This document shows, piece by piece, positions 1 through 10,015 of a stretch of 64,000 nt of DNA; position 1 is the first letter of the stretch, and every line of letters starts with the position of its first letter. The stretch is from Candidatus Latescibacterota bacterium (GTDB lineage Bacteria; Latescibacterota; UBA2968; UBA8231): NCBI GenBank assembly GCA_965248265.1, contig CBDFJF010000001.1, positions 2,240,001 through 2,304,000 on the forward strand, written 5' to 3'. The notes beneath the pieces were generated by a model. The model made no database searches and was not told the origin of the DNA. It saw nothing but the letters and a program-made list of their open reading frames with translations. Position numbers and translations under genes: made by a program.

Positions 1-556
1 CTCGTCAACGAGATTCGCGTCAGCGAGATCCTCGTCAGCGACACCAATATAGCGAAGCGATCGACCGCATTGGTCAGCATCGAGTCCATAGCCCACGACG
101 AAAACGTCCTCGATTTCAAAACCGGTGTAATCGACCCCGATCGCGTGCCGCCGCCGGGACGGCTTGTCCAGCAGCACGCAGGTCTTGACGGACTGTGGTG
201 ATTGATCCTCCAGGTGTCGCAGCACTCGCTGCAGGGTCAAACCCGTATCCACGATTCCGTCCACTACCAGCACGTGTCGCCCACGAAGCTCCACCGCCGT
301 TTCCAGTGTTATATCCACCTGCCCCGTCGATTCGTGGCCATCATTCATAGCTTGCTGCCCCGATGAAGTCGTAGTCAACGCGATCCGAGACGGCTTCCGG
401 AAGGGCCGTCATCAGATCCATCATGAATCTGGCAGCCCCGGTGAGTATCCCCACCATGACCAGGGATCTCTCGGCGTAATCTGCGGCGATCTGCGTCGCG
501 AGTTCCTGGACTCGATGCTGAATGGCAGCCGATTCAATCATCGATGTCACGTTCAT
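1..556 (-). pseudogene. hpt: hypoxanthine phosphoribosyltransferase, frameshifted; 3' end runs off the window
   Basis: N-terminal half (VGILTGAARFMMDL...DFIGAASY) stops at TGA 341-343. Another frame continues DGHESTGQV...HVLVVDGIVDTGLTL...CVLLDKPSRR...FVVGYGLD. A tandem TCAT-TCAT at 341-348 explains the shift. Confidence 0.85.
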
Positions 557-671
557 GCCTCACCACCAACCCTTAGTTCGAGCCGAGCTGTTTTACCAGT
601 CAACGTCTCGGGCCGCGCGGAAACTCGATCTGTCTAGGAGGTATAATCTAACGAGGAGGACTGCTGGCGGG

Positions 672-735
672 AAAAAAAAGAGGCCACCTCGATACGGTGT
701 TGGAGATCCGCCTGACACCGACCGAGGCAGCCCTT
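672..735 (-). terminator. probable intrinsic terminator after recA
   Basis: Imperfect stem (cctcg..cggtgt / acaccg..cgagg) followed on the minus strand by a T8 run (A8 at 672-679). Confidence 0.5.
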
Positions 736-782
736 GACGTCCCCCTGGAGCAGGAAGGACTGGGAGGAATCTTGAGGAGGTA

Positions 783-2003
783 TTAGGCCGCGGCCTTTCC
801 CTTTTTATCCGTCGTTGCCTTGCTGGAAGCGATCGTGGTGGGTTTTGCGCTGGTCTCTGATTCAGCCTTTACGGACTCCCCCTGCTTCTTTGAATCAGAG
901 CCGGCATCAGCATCCGCAGCCTGCCCTTTCAGGGGAATGTCCAGGGCTTTGCGTATTTCACTCTCGATGCGTTTTGCCGTATCCTGATTCTCCTTCAGAT
1001 AGATTCGCGCGTTCTCTCGGCCCTGCCCGATGCGCTCGTCGCCATAGGAGAACCAGGTGCCGCTTTTCTCGATGACTCTGTTGTTTACTCCCAGATCGAG
1101 AAGATCGCCCTCCTTTGAAATGCCGACATCGTCCCCTCTGAACAGAACGTCGAACTCAGCCTCTTTGAAGGGTGGAGCGACCTTGTTCTTGACCACCTTC
1201 ACCCTGGTTCGGCGACCGATCACTTCGTCTCCATCCTTGATGTTGCCGATGCTGCGAATATCCATTCTCACCGAGGCATAAAAGCACAACGCCCTGCCAC
1301 CCGTAGTCGTCTCGGGATTGCCGAACATGACTCCGATCTTCATACGCAACTGGTTGATGAAAATGACCGTGGTGCGAGACTTCTGGATAGACCCGGTCAA
1401 TTTGCGCATGGCCTGTGACATGAGACGGGCCTGAAGGCCCATTTGCGCGTCTCCCATTTCGCCCTCCAGCTCCGCTCGCGGAACCAGGGCAGCCACGGAG
1501 TCGACGACGATGATGTCGAGTGCCGCACTGCGCACCAGCGTGTCGGTGATCTCCAGCGCTTCCTCCCCGCAGTCAGGTTGGGCCACAAGAAGATTCTCGA
1601 CATCGACCCCCTGCTTGCGGGCGAAGCCGACGTCGAGCGCATGTTCGGCATCGACGAAGGCTGCGATACCCCCGTTTTTCTGAGCCTGGGCAACCATGTT
1701 CAGAGCGCACATCGTCTTGCCTGCTGATTCCGGCCCGAACATCTCGATGATCCGGCCACGCGGCACGCCGCCGATGCCCAACGCGATATCCATCGACAGG
1801 CAGCCCGTTGAGATGGCATCGATCTCGACTACATGAGACTCGCCGAGACGCATGATCGCGCCTTTGCCAAACTGCTTTTCTACTTGAGATAGGGCCTGAT
1901 CGACCGCTTTCTCTCTGTCTTCTTTACTTGAGCCGCCTGAACCGTTTGTGCTTGTGCCGAAATTGGCCTTGACGGTCCGAGAGTCGACTTTCGACGATAC
2001 CAT
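783..2003 (-). CDS. recA: recombinase RecA
   Basis: Motifs [82 protein letters not shown]. Start placed at ATG 2003, downstream of AAGGAG. Confidence 0.98.
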   Translation of the reverse strand: MVSSKVDSRTVKANFGTSTNGSGGSSKEDREKAVDQALSQVEKQFGKGAIMRLGESHVVEIDAISTGCLSMDIALGIGGVPRGRIIEMFGPESAGKTMCALNMVAQAQKNGGIAAFVDAEHALDVGFARKQGVDVENLLVAQPDCGEEALEITDTLVRSAALDIIVVDSVAALVPRAELEGEMGDAQMGLQARLMSQAMRKLTGSIQKSRTTVIFINQLRMKIGVMFGNPETTTGGRALCFYASVRMDIRSIGNIKDGDEVIGRRTRVKVVKNKVAPPFKEAEFDVLFRGDDVGISKEGDLLDLGVNNRVIEKSGTWFSYGDERIGQGRENARIYLKENQDTAKRIESEIRKALDIPLKGQAADADAGSDSKKQGESVKAESETSAKPTTIASSKATTDKKGKAAA

Positions 2004-2144
2004 GTTCTCTCCTTTTTCTTCTCTTTGCCACCTGAGCGAGGGGATCTCCGTATCCCGCCCCCGAAGTTGGCATGTTGACCTCCAGGACGGGATACGGGCA
2101 GCTGGACGGGTCGGGGTGGCCCTCCATATTGTCGCGCTGCTGTA

Positions 2145-2184
2145 ACTGCACAAAAAGATAGTATACGTATGTGCAGTCTGTCAA
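2145..2184 (-). promoter_or_regulatory. candidate recA promoter with overlapping palindromic operator
   Basis: TTGACA (minus strand, 2179-2184) with TATACT/TACTAT downstream, flanked by ACTGCACA-N17-TGTGCAGT (2145-2177). Confidence 0.55.
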
Positions 2185-2451
2185 GCATTTTAGAAGCGCG
2201 AAGCCCCTCAGGGTCGTCTGAAGCCCGTCCCCGACACCGTCCCAGGCTGTCCGTCGTATATCCACCAGTAAACAACCTTCGTGCCGGACCGACTCAGGAC
2301 CCCGAAGTAGCTTGTAACTTGCTGTTCAGGAAGGAGGTAATAGAAAAAGCGTACGGTGCCGCCCAGAGTCTTCCAGGCGACTTCATGTGATAGTACGGCG
2401 CCAGCGATGTGTCTTCAGGGAAACAGCCCATACTCATGCAGATACACGATC

Positions 2452-3339
2452 TCACCGCCTGCGGCAGCAAACCACCCGCTCGGTACCGGATAAATCACAC
2501 CGAGCCTCTATTTGATCGTAGGCATCCGACTCTTCCAGTAATTCTATGACGGCCGGGGACTGGCCGTCACCAACCTCGAGTACCATCGCGCCACCTTGAA
2601 CCAGCAGATCCGCGGCCGCGTCTGCTATCCGGCGATAGAACTCGAGTCCGTCAGCGCCACCATCCAGTGCACGGTGGGGTTCGAAGTCACGCACCTCAGG
2701 TTGCAGTGCCTGAATCTCGGCTGTGGCTATGTAGGGCGGATTCGAGATAATGGCATCCAGCTGGGCTGACCCGCCGGCAAACGACTCCAGCAGATCGCCG
2801 CAGACCAGGGCTATCCTGTCCGTGACTCCATGCCGTTGCGCATTCTCGGAGGTGATGCTGAGCGCCACTCGATCGATGTCACTGGCAATAGCCCGGACCG
2901 TGGCTCGCTCGCTGCACATGGCGATGGCGATCGCCCCCGAGCCGCAGCCGAGATCCAGAATCCGCTCCCCGTCCTGAGCGGCCAGCAGCTGCAGCGCCAC
3001 CTCAACGACGATCTCGGTTTCAGGTCGTGGAATCAGTACCCCGCTACCGACTGACAGCTCAAGATTTCTGAACGCAGCCGTGCCGGTCACGTACTGAATC
3101 GGACTGCCCTTCAAGCGCTCGCGCACAAACCCGCGAAAGACTTCCACTTCCTGGCGTGTCAGGGTCTTCTCAAACTGCAGGTAAAGTTCGAGTCTGTTCA
3201 GGTCGAGTGCTGCTGCCAGCAACAGTTCCGATTGCAGGCGGGCAGCTTCCATTTCTTTGGATGCAAAAAAACTGCTCGCCTCATTCAGGAGATCGAGCAG
3301 TTTCCAGCTGCGGTCGCGGGTATCCGGCGTTCGGTCCAA
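2452..3339 (-). CDS. prmC: release factor glutamine methyltransferase
   Basis: VLIPRPETE, LDLGCGSGAIA, ISNPPYI, ALDGGADGL; lies directly downstream of prfA. Start uncertain (TTG 3339 chosen). Confidence 0.95.
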   Translation of the reverse strand: MDRTPDTRDRSWKLLDLLNEASSFFASKEMEAARLQSELLLAAALDLNRLELYLQFEKTLTRQEVEVFRGFVRERLKGSPIQYVTGTAAFRNLELSVGSGVLIPRPETEIVVEVALQLLAAQDGERILDLGCGSGAIAIAMCSERATVRAIASDIDRVALSITSENAQRHGVTDRIALVCGDLLESFAGGSAQLDAIISNPPYIATAEIQALQPEVRDFEPHRALDGGADGLEFYRRIADAAADLLVQGGAMVLEVGDGQSPAVIELLEESDAYDQIEARCDLSGTERVVCCRRR

Positions 3340-3403
3340 CGGCGCTCGTCCTAGTGCCCCGTCACGGGAGTAGGCTTGTACAATGAGGGCGCCTGGTCGA
3401 CAC

Positions 3404-4489
3404 TTAGTTGGCCTCGGCCAGCGCGGCATCTTCGGCCACCTGCGTCAGCTTGTCGACGAATTCATCGATATCCCCATCCAGCACGTCTTCGAGTCGGTAC
3501 AGGCTGAGGTTCACGCGATGGTCGGTTACTCGTCCCTGCGGATAGTTGTAGGTGCGGATCTTCGCACTGCGGTCGCCGCTGCCGATTTGCTCCCGGCGCT
3601 CCTGCGAAAGTTTGGCATCCTGCTCGGCTCGGTGGGCGTCCAGCAAACGCGCGCGCAGCACCTTCATGGCTTTGTTCTTGTTCTTGAGCTGGGATTTCTC
3701 GTCCTGGCAGGAGACCACGACTCCGGTCGGCTTGTGCGTGATGCGCACGGCCGAGTCCGTGGTGTTGACGCTCTGACCACCCGGCCCGCTGGAGCGATAG
3801 ACATCGATCTGCAGATCCTCGGCGTCGATGTCGATTTCCACGTCTTCGGCCTCCGGCAACACGGCAACCGAAGAAGCTGAAGTATGGATGCGGCCGCTGG
3901 CTTCCGTCTTGGGAACCCGCTGCACCCGGTGGACGCCACTCTCGAACTTCAGACGACCGTAGGCCGAAGCCCCGCTGACCATGAAGATGACTTCCTTGAA
4001 GCCTCCGGACGGATTGGTGCTCGAGGACAACGGCTCCAGCTTCCACTGCTGGCGCTCGACGAAGCGGTTATACATCCGGTAGAGGTCCGCCGCGAACAGA
4101 CCTGCCTCATCGCCACCCGCACCAGCGCGGATTTCGACGATGGCGTTGCGCCGATCGTTCGGATCCTTCGGCAGCAGGGCGACACGAACACGCGACTCCA
4201 GTTGTTCCAAGCCCGCCGTGAGCTGCTCCAGCTCCGTGCGCGCCAGTTCGAGGAACTCCTCGTCATCGACCTGTCCACCACCGTCGGCGGCGGCGATGAT
4301 CTGTTTCGCTTCTTCGATACCGCTCACGTGTTCGCGGTACTGGACTGCCATTTCAACGAGCTCTCGAAGGTCCCCGGATTCGCGTGCCAGCTTCTGATAC
4401 TCCGACGGATTCTTGGCTATATCAGGATCTGCCATCTGCTGGTTGAGGGCTTCGAAACGCTTCTCGATCTCGGCCAGTTTGTCGATCAT
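3404..4489 (-). CDS. prfA: peptide chain release factor 1
   Basis: GGQSVNTTDSAVR, the RF1 PxT motif (VPKTE), IRTYNYPQGRVTDHR. Confidence 0.98.
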   Translation of the reverse strand: MIDKLAEIEKRFEALNQQMADPDIAKNPSEYQKLARESGDLRELVEMAVQYREHVSGIEEAKQIIAAADGGGQVDDEEFLELARTELEQLTAGLEQLESRVRVALLPKDPNDRRNAIVEIRAGAGGDEAGLFAADLYRMYNRFVERQQWKLEPLSSSTNPSGGFKEVIFMVSGASAYGRLKFESGVHRVQRVPKTEASGRIHTSASSVAVLPEAEDVEIDIDAEDLQIDVYRSSGPGGQSVNTTDSAVRITHKPTGVVVSCQDEKSQLKNKNKAMKVLRARLLDAHRAEQDAKLSQERREQIGSGDRSAKIRTYNYPQGRVTDHRVNLSLYRLEDVLDGDIDEFVDKLTQVAEDAALAEAN

Positions 4490-5550
4490 CCTCCCCCACC
4501 TCCACCACCACCGCCGTTTGCCGGCACGGCAGTCATCGACTCCAATCCTCCACCCGTCTCGTCGTACAGCGAGTAGCCTATCGGAGAGGGCTTGCCTAGA
4601 GCGTGCAGCAAAGCGACGAGGGCGACCTGCAACTGATCATCGGATGGTTCCCGCGTCGTGATGCGCTGCAACCACAGCCCCGGAGCGATCAGCAGACGGG
4701 TCAACGGATGGTTTCGTTTGCGCCCGGACAGCTTCAACAGCTCGAAGCTCAAGCCGGAAACCAGGGGCAGGACACTGACATGCGTGGCAAAGCGTTCCAA
4801 CAGGGTCTGCTGGCGCGCGACGAAATCGGCGAACACCGAATCGGCGATCGCGAACAGGAAGATGGACAGCAGGACGACGATGAGCAGGAAGCTGGTGCCA
4901 CAACGGGGGTGCAACCGTCCGAAACTCCGCGCCTCTTCAACCGTCAGATCGACCCCTGCCTCGAAAGTGAATATGCTCTTGTGTTCGGCTCCGTGGTACT
5001 CGAAAACCCTGCGAATTTCACTCCAACGACTGATCAGCCACATGTAACCGATCAGGAGCGTCGCTCGAATGCCGCCGGCGATCAGGTTGAACAGGAAGGC
5101 GTCGCGCTGGGCCCCGGTGGCCTGTGCCGCCAGCAGCGGCAGGAAGAAGAACACGCCGATCCCGACGGCCAGCGAGAAAATGATCGTCGCTGTCAGTATG
5201 ATAGTCGCCTGCCATTTTGGTTGGCTCTGGCGCTCCTCGAGCTCGTCCGATCTACCTTCATTGGCCATGGCCATGTCAGCGGAAAAATTGAGCGACTTCA
5301 AGCCGATCACCAGCATCTCGAAAAAGGCGACGGCGCCACGCAGAACCGGAATGCGAAGACAGTTGAGACGCTCTGCCCACGCCACGTGGTCATCCGACTT
5401 GACGACGATGTCGTCTCCGGAGCGCACGGCAGTGACGATCTTTCCCTGCGCCCGCATCATGACACCCTCGATCACAGCCTGACCGCCAACGGGCAGATCG
5501 TGCGTCAATCGTTCCTCCACCTCTGCGTTGTCTTCCATAGTCCCTTTCAT
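4486..5550 (-). CDS. DUF1385 (YqhQ-like) membrane protein
   Basis: GGQAVIEGVMMR, YHGAEHK, HPRCGTSF, QRITTREP; usual position between rpmE and prfA. Confidence 0.9.
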   Translation of the reverse strand: MKGTMEDNAEVEERLTHDLPVGGQAVIEGVMMRAQGKIVTAVRSGDDIVVKSDDHVAWAERLNCLRIPVLRGAVAFFEMLVIGLKSLNFSADMAMANEGRSDELEERQSQPKWQATIILTATIIFSLAVGIGVFFFLPLLAAQATGAQRDAFLFNLIAGGIRATLLIGYMWLISRWSEIRRVFEYHGAEHKSIFTFEAGVDLTVEEARSFGRLHPRCGTSFLLIVVLLSIFLFAIADSVFADFVARQQTLLERFATHVSVLPLVSGLSFELLKLSGRKRNHPLTRLLIAPGLWLQRITTREPSDDQLQVALVALLHALGKPSPIGYSLYDETGGGLESMTAVPANGGGGGGGGG

Positions 5551-5632
5551 TTACAGCCATGCAAGCAAAAAAAAGGTGACGGAACAGGCGGCCAAAAAGG
5601 CCGTGTCCCATCACCTCGATCGTTCGTTGACG

Positions 5633-5959
5633 CTAACTGTCTGCCTGCTGCGTCTCTGCGGTTGCCCCTTCTGCCTCGGCCTCAGCGGCCTCCGCGACCC
5701 GGTTCCCGTCATCCTCACCACCGTAGCGCCGGCGGAACTGTTCGATGCGGCCACCGCGATCAGCGATGTTCTGGCGCTTACCGGTATAAAACGGGTGGGA
5801 GGCAGAGCTGATTTCCACGCGAACCAGCGGGTAGGTGTTGCCGTCCTCCCATTCGATCGTCTCTTCCGACGACATCGTAGAGCGGGTCAGCACCTGGTAG
5901 TCGGTGCTGATGTCGTGGAAGATAACCGGCTTGTAATCCGGATGGGTGTCCTTTTTCAT
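5633..5959 (-). CDS. rpmE: 50S ribosomal protein L31, type B (no Zn-binding Cys)
   Basis: MKKDTHPDY...[18 protein letters not shown]...[10 protein letters not shown]; no CxxC. Confidence 0.95.
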   Translation of the reverse strand: MKKDTHPDYKPVIFHDISTDYQVLTRSTMSSEETIEWEDGNTYPLVRVEISSASHPFYTGKRQNIADRGGRIEQFRRRYGGEDDGNRVAEAAEAEAEGATAETQQADS

Positions 5960-6055
5960 TGCTGGCTCTCTGGTCGTGGCTCGTGATGCGAATAGTTAAA
6001 AATAGGGGCAGAAAGGTCGATTGTAAAATGGGGCTCGCGGCGGGGTCCCATTCCC

Positions 6056-7507
6056 TCACTCATTCATCGACTTGAGAAACTCCTCATTCGATTTCGTTCC
6101 CTGCATCCGCTCCAGCAGAAACTCCATGCCTTCCGTCACGCCCATCTGATTCAGGATGCGTCTGAGAATATGCGATCGACTCAACTCCAGCTCTGTCATC
6201 AGCAGCTCTTCCTTACGCGTGCTCGTCGAGGTCACGTCCACGGCCGGCCAGGTGCGCCGGTTGCTGAGCTTGCGATCCAGGGTCACCTGCATGTTACCCG
6301 TGCCCTTGAATTCCTCGAAGATGACCTCGTCCATGCGGCTACCCGTATCCACCAGGGCCGTGGCGATGATGGTCAGGCTGCCACCCTCTTCCACTTTGCG
6401 CGCTGCCGCGAAGAACCGCCGCGGAAACTGCAACGCCGTCGAATCGACTCCACCGGTCAAGATGCGGCCGCTGTGAGGTGTTACCGTATTGTAGGCGCGC
6501 GCCAGCCTCGTCATGCTGTCGAGGAGGATGACGACGTCTCTCTTGTGCTCCGTGAGACGCCGCGCCTTCTCGATAACCATTTCGGCCACCTGGACGTGCC
6601 TGGTTGCCGGTTCGTCGAAGGTGGAGCTCACGACCTCGCCTTTGACGGAGCGCACCATGTCCGTCACCTCTTCCGGCCGTTCGTCGATGAGCAGGACCAT
6701 GAGAACGACCTCAGGATGATTCAGGGCAATCGCATTGGCGATGTTTTGCAGCAGCACCGTCTTTCCGGTAAAGGGGGGAGCCACGATCAAACCACGCTGA
6801 CCCTTGCCGATCGGCGACAGCAGGTCGAGGATGCGTGTGGTCATGTTGCCGGCGTCGTGCTCGAGGCCCAGACGCTCTCGTGGATGCAGGGCAGTCAGGT
6901 TTTCGAAGATGGTCTTGCTCTTCGTGACCTCTGGATCCTCGAAATTTATCGCTTCTACTCTAAGCAGAGCGAAGTACTTCTCGTCATTCTTTGGCGGCCG
7001 AATCTGGCCCGAGATGGTGTCACCGGTGCGCAGGCTGAACCGTTTGATCTGCGAGTGGGACACATAGATGTCATCGGGCCCCGGTAGATAGTTGTAGCTG
7101 GGCGACCTCAGAAAACCGAAGCCTTCATCGAGAACTTCCAGGACTCCCTGAGCAAACAGCAGGCCGCTGCGCTCGGTCTGGGCCTTCAGGATACCGAATA
7201 TGAGCTCCTGTTTGCGAAGCGCGTGGAAGTCGGGAACATTCAGCTGCTGCGCCAGCTCGTGCTGATCCAGAATGTTCATATTCTGGAGTTCGACGATGTT
7301 CAGCTTATTGTGGCGATCCCCGCCACCGCCTCCCTTGTTGCCGCGATCTGAATTGGACCGGGGACGGTCGGAGCCCTTGCCGCGATCTGAATTCCTGTTG
7401 TTCCCGCCACCGCGCTCAGGGGCCGGCTTGCGTTCGGAGGCTGCCGGTTTGCGTTCGGGGGAGGCCGGTTTGCGTTCGGGGGAGGCCGGTTTGCTCTCTG
7501 TCGTCAT
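6056..7507 (-). CDS. rho: transcription termination factor Rho with a low-complexity N-terminal extension
   Basis: [56 protein letters not shown]. Confidence 0.98.
   Translation of the reverse strand: MTTESKPASPERKPASPERKPAASERKPAPERGGGNNRNSDRGKGSDRPRSNSDRGNKGGGGGDRHNKLNIVELQNMNILDQHELAQQLNVPDFHALRKQELIFGILKAQTERSGLLFAQGVLEVLDEGFGFLRSPSYNYLPGPDDIYVSHSQIKRFSLRTGDTISGQIRPPKNDEKYFALLRVEAINFEDPEVTKSKTIFENLTALHPRERLGLEHDAGNMTTRILDLLSPIGKGQRGLIVAPPFTGKTVLLQNIANAIALNHPEVVLMVLLIDERPEEVTDMVRSVKGEVVSSTFDEPATRHVQVAEMVIEKARRLTEHKRDVVILLDSMTRLARAYNTVTPHSGRILTGGVDSTALQFPRRFFAAARKVEEGGSLTIIATALVDTGSRMDEVIFEEFKGTGNMQVTLDRKLSNRRTWPAVDVTSTSTRKEELLMTELELSRSHILRRILNQMGVTEGMEFLLERMQGTKSNEEFLKSMNE
7412..7494 (-). 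repeat. 21-bp tandem repeat encoding KPA(S/A)(P/S)ER, about four copies, in the Rho N-terminus
   Basis: Repeated ccggtttgcgttcgg units visible directly in the sequence. Confidence 0.85.
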
Positions 7508-7868
7508 CTGGTTTGGAGCCTTTCAGGTGGGGTGAAGCTCGATTCTGCTATGCGGAGATTGAGTGACGTCACCTCACGGGACGAACATCTGTCGTCGGTG
7601 AGGATTCCTCTCGATTGTGTGCAAAAAGAAGGACGGACTCGGCGCTGGGCCGACCGTACGGAAGGCTATGCTGTTAGGCTGAAACTCGGTGTCGTTGTGT
7701 AATAATCAATAGGTAGAGGTAAAGCCTGGATGAACTTGGGAAAAACCGGGGTGTAGTTATTACAAGGGGTGCAGTTAGTACCAGAAGCAGAACTCGTCTT
7801 GCAGGTAAGGCACAAACTATGCAGAAACCCCTGGTTTGTCAAGAAGTTTGGGCATTTGAAGCTCGAGA

Positions 7869-7895
7869 GCTCCGCTCCCTATCAAGGAGCGGAGC
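7869..7895 (-). terminator. hairpin after surface-protein gene A
   Basis: gctccgctcc / ggagcggagc stem, related to the hairpins at 9981 and 12039. Confidence 0.6.
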
Positions 7896-7929
7896 CTCGG
7901 GTGTACTCGTGTTTACCGATCTCTGTCGT

Positions 7930-9678
7930 TCACAGTCCGAGCACGTCCTGAATCTCGGCTGCGTTCGCCACCGTCTTGCCGAAGTCATCGGCGAACCGGA
8001 AGAAGTCCTCAAAATTGATCACGCCATCCGGAGGGCCCTGACTCGGCCCGGCAATGTCCAGGATATCGAGCGCATCGCTGTCGACGGTACTTCCGAAGCC
8101 ATCGGCAAAGATGAAGAAGTCGTCGAAATCAACGCGGGTGCCTGCGCGGGAAAACCAGCCGACGATGTCGATTCCGTCGGGATCCGTCGGCTGCAGACTG
8201 ATGATTTCCGTCTCGTCCGCGATCGACAAGCTGGTCCCGAGTTCCTCGAAGACGTCGTCTCCTGGATCTTCGACTGCCTCTATCAAGGCGGCCAGACCTT
8301 CCTCTGCAGTGATCTCGGGCTCCTGCGTCGGGTCGTCAGGCACGGGTTCCACGATTTCGTAATCGACGACCACGCTGCCCTCGGTAACACTGATAATAAG
8401 GATGGCAAAACCTGGAGGCAGGCTACCCAGTTTCCTCTCTATGGCCGCCAGAATCTTGTCGATGAACTTGGTCTTGAACTCTTCGACGGCGGCCTCGTCT
8501 GTGAAATCCAATACAGCATCGATTATCGACTTCGCCTTGACGATCTTCCGCGTCACCGGCTTCACTCCCTGACCCTGCAGCCTTCCGAGGCCCTTGGCGG
8601 TAACCTCTTTCGACGGGCTCGTCGGATCGTCGGATATGATCGTGATGGCGGCCTCGTAGAAGATGTTGTCAACTGGCGTGAAAGTTACCAGGACTTCTAC
8701 CTCCTCATCGGGTTCGACCACTGATGGCACGTCTCCCACAACGAAGACTGCATCTGAGGATATGACATCAGCGATGTTGAGAGTTTCCCCACCATCGTTG
8801 GTGATCTTCAATGATTTTTCGCTCGACTCGCCGACCTCTATCCCGCCAAAGGCGAGCGTTTTCCGCACGTCGATTTTCGCCACGTCGGTGCCACCCGCGA
8901 TCGTCGCCGTCATGGCGATGACGAATTCGCGATTGTCCGGATCGTTCGTCTCGATGATGACGTTGCCGGCGTAATCATCATTGATATTGCCGACCAAGGC
9001 CGGATCGAAACCCACCTCGATCTGAGCGGAGGCGCCTGGCGCAAGAGGGGACGCGACGTCCGCTTCCGCGAAAAAACCCTCATCCGCGACAAATCCGAAG
9101 GTCAGATCGTTCAAGGCATCTGCGGCGTTCGACAAGGATATGAACTGAGATGCGACCTCTCCCAGGGGCACGGTGCCAAGCGCGATGGGACTAGTAAAAT
9201 TCCCAAGTACCGCACTCGGCGGTTCACCGAGGGTGACGCTCAATGCCCCGGTGGAGACGCTGTTCGTCCCGTCGGTCACCGTGAGGACGTAGTCGTAGAC
9301 CACTCCCGTGACAACGTCCTCATCGACATACTCTGCCACGCCTGCAGGGACACGGATCTCAACCGTCTCGCCACCCGCCTCGCTGCGGGTGATGATGTAC
9401 TCGGTGACATCGTTGCTGGCGACTATGTTCGCGCCACCGGCGTCGGCGTTATTCCCCGTAGAAGTTGCGCCGGGCACATCGGATGTCGACAGATCCCATG
9501 TCGCAGTAACACTCGGCCCAGCCAAATCAACTTCGACAAAAAAGTTACCGGGCACGATCGGCGCGGTGTTGTCGACCGCACCAATCAGATGGCCGTCTGC
9601 TGAGACAGGTGCTGAGCCAAATACGAGTGCGACCATAGCCACACCGGCGAAAAATCCCATTTTATTATCCCTCGACAT
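7930..9678 (-). CDS. secreted acidic multi-Ig protein A (FN3-like + two choice-of-anchor D/ASH-like Ig + SEA-like + dockerin/EF-hand-like tail); S-layer candidate
   Basis: Signal peptide; TWDLS..YVD..Y.Y..TVTDG; FG.I.VGESS..SLKITNDGG..L..VTFTP..ITI.SDDP; tail VDFDDFFIFADGFG / DGVINFEDFFRFADDFGK. Confidence 0.75.
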   Translation of the reverse strand: MSRDNKMGFFAGVAMVALVFGSAPVSADGHLIGAVDNTAPIVPGNFFVEVDLAGPSVTATWDLSTSDVPGATSTGNNADAGGANIVASNDVTEYIITRSEAGGETVEIRVPAGVAEYVDEDVVTGVVYDYVLTVTDGTNSVSTGALSVTLGEPPSAVLGNFTSPIALGTVPLGEVASQFISLSNAADALNDLTFGFVADEGFFAEADVASPLAPGASAQIEVGFDPALVGNINDDYAGNVIIETNDPDNREFVIAMTATIAGGTDVAKIDVRKTLAFGGIEVGESSEKSLKITNDGGETLNIADVISSDAVFVVGDVPSVVEPDEEVEVLVTFTPVDNIFYEAAITIISDDPTSPSKEVTAKGLGRLQGQGVKPVTRKIVKAKSIIDAVLDFTDEAAVEEFKTKFIDKILAAIERKLGSLPPGFAILIISVTEGSVVVDYEIVEPVPDDPTQEPEITAEEGLAALIEAVEDPGDDVFEELGTSLSIADETEIISLQPTDPDGIDIVGWFSRAGTRVDFDDFFIFADGFGSTVDSDALDILDIAGPSQGPPDGVINFEDFFRFADDFGKTVANAAEIQDVLGL

Positions 9679-9788
9679 ATCCCTATCCTCCTCGGTAACT
9701 CTCTTTTCTCATTGATCGGGAATCGATCGCGTCGGAGCCGTTGCCCAAAGGCTTCGAACAGCCATTCGGTCGAAATTCACTACAAGTC

Positions 9789-9816
9789 GATATTCACTGC
9801 AAGATATTCACTGCAA
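9789..9816. repeat. exact 14-bp tandem duplication GATATTCACTGCAA x2 upstream of gene A
   Basis: Seen directly in the sequence. Confidence 0.9.
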
Positions 9817-9980
9817 CAGGAAGGTTGCAATCTACACCATAAAAAGGGTGCACGTCAAGGAAGTTTCTCGACGCCGTTCGGAGTGCGAACCAGACGATAT
9901 GCCCGACCCGGGGAGCAGAGAGAGAGGCGTGCAAAATCTCCTGTAATTCCCTTGTTATCAAGCAATTATGCAATAATGCA

Positions 9981-10015
9981 AAGCTCCGCTCCCCTACAAC
10001 AGGGGAGCGGAGCTT
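9981..10015 (-). terminator. intrinsic terminator after gene B
   Basis: 15-bp stem aagctccgctcccct / aggggagcggagctt. Confidence 0.7.

Noticed and set aside
341-343. Selenocysteine or stop-codon read-through at the hpt TGA
   Set aside because: The conserved C-terminal half is in a different frame, so read-through would not restore it.
4486-4520. Poly-Gly tail of DUF1385 as a functional or phase-variable tract
   Set aside because: It uses mixed Gly codons and overlaps the prfA Shine-Dalgarno; it is not a slippage-prone homopolymer.
4603-5811. Long antisense or alternate-frame ORFs (also 6170-7087, 7819-8724, 26646-27869, 39143-40093, 42619-43761, 59489-60457)
   Set aside because: They shadow well-supported genes on the other strand, as expected in GC-rich DNA, and show no motifs.
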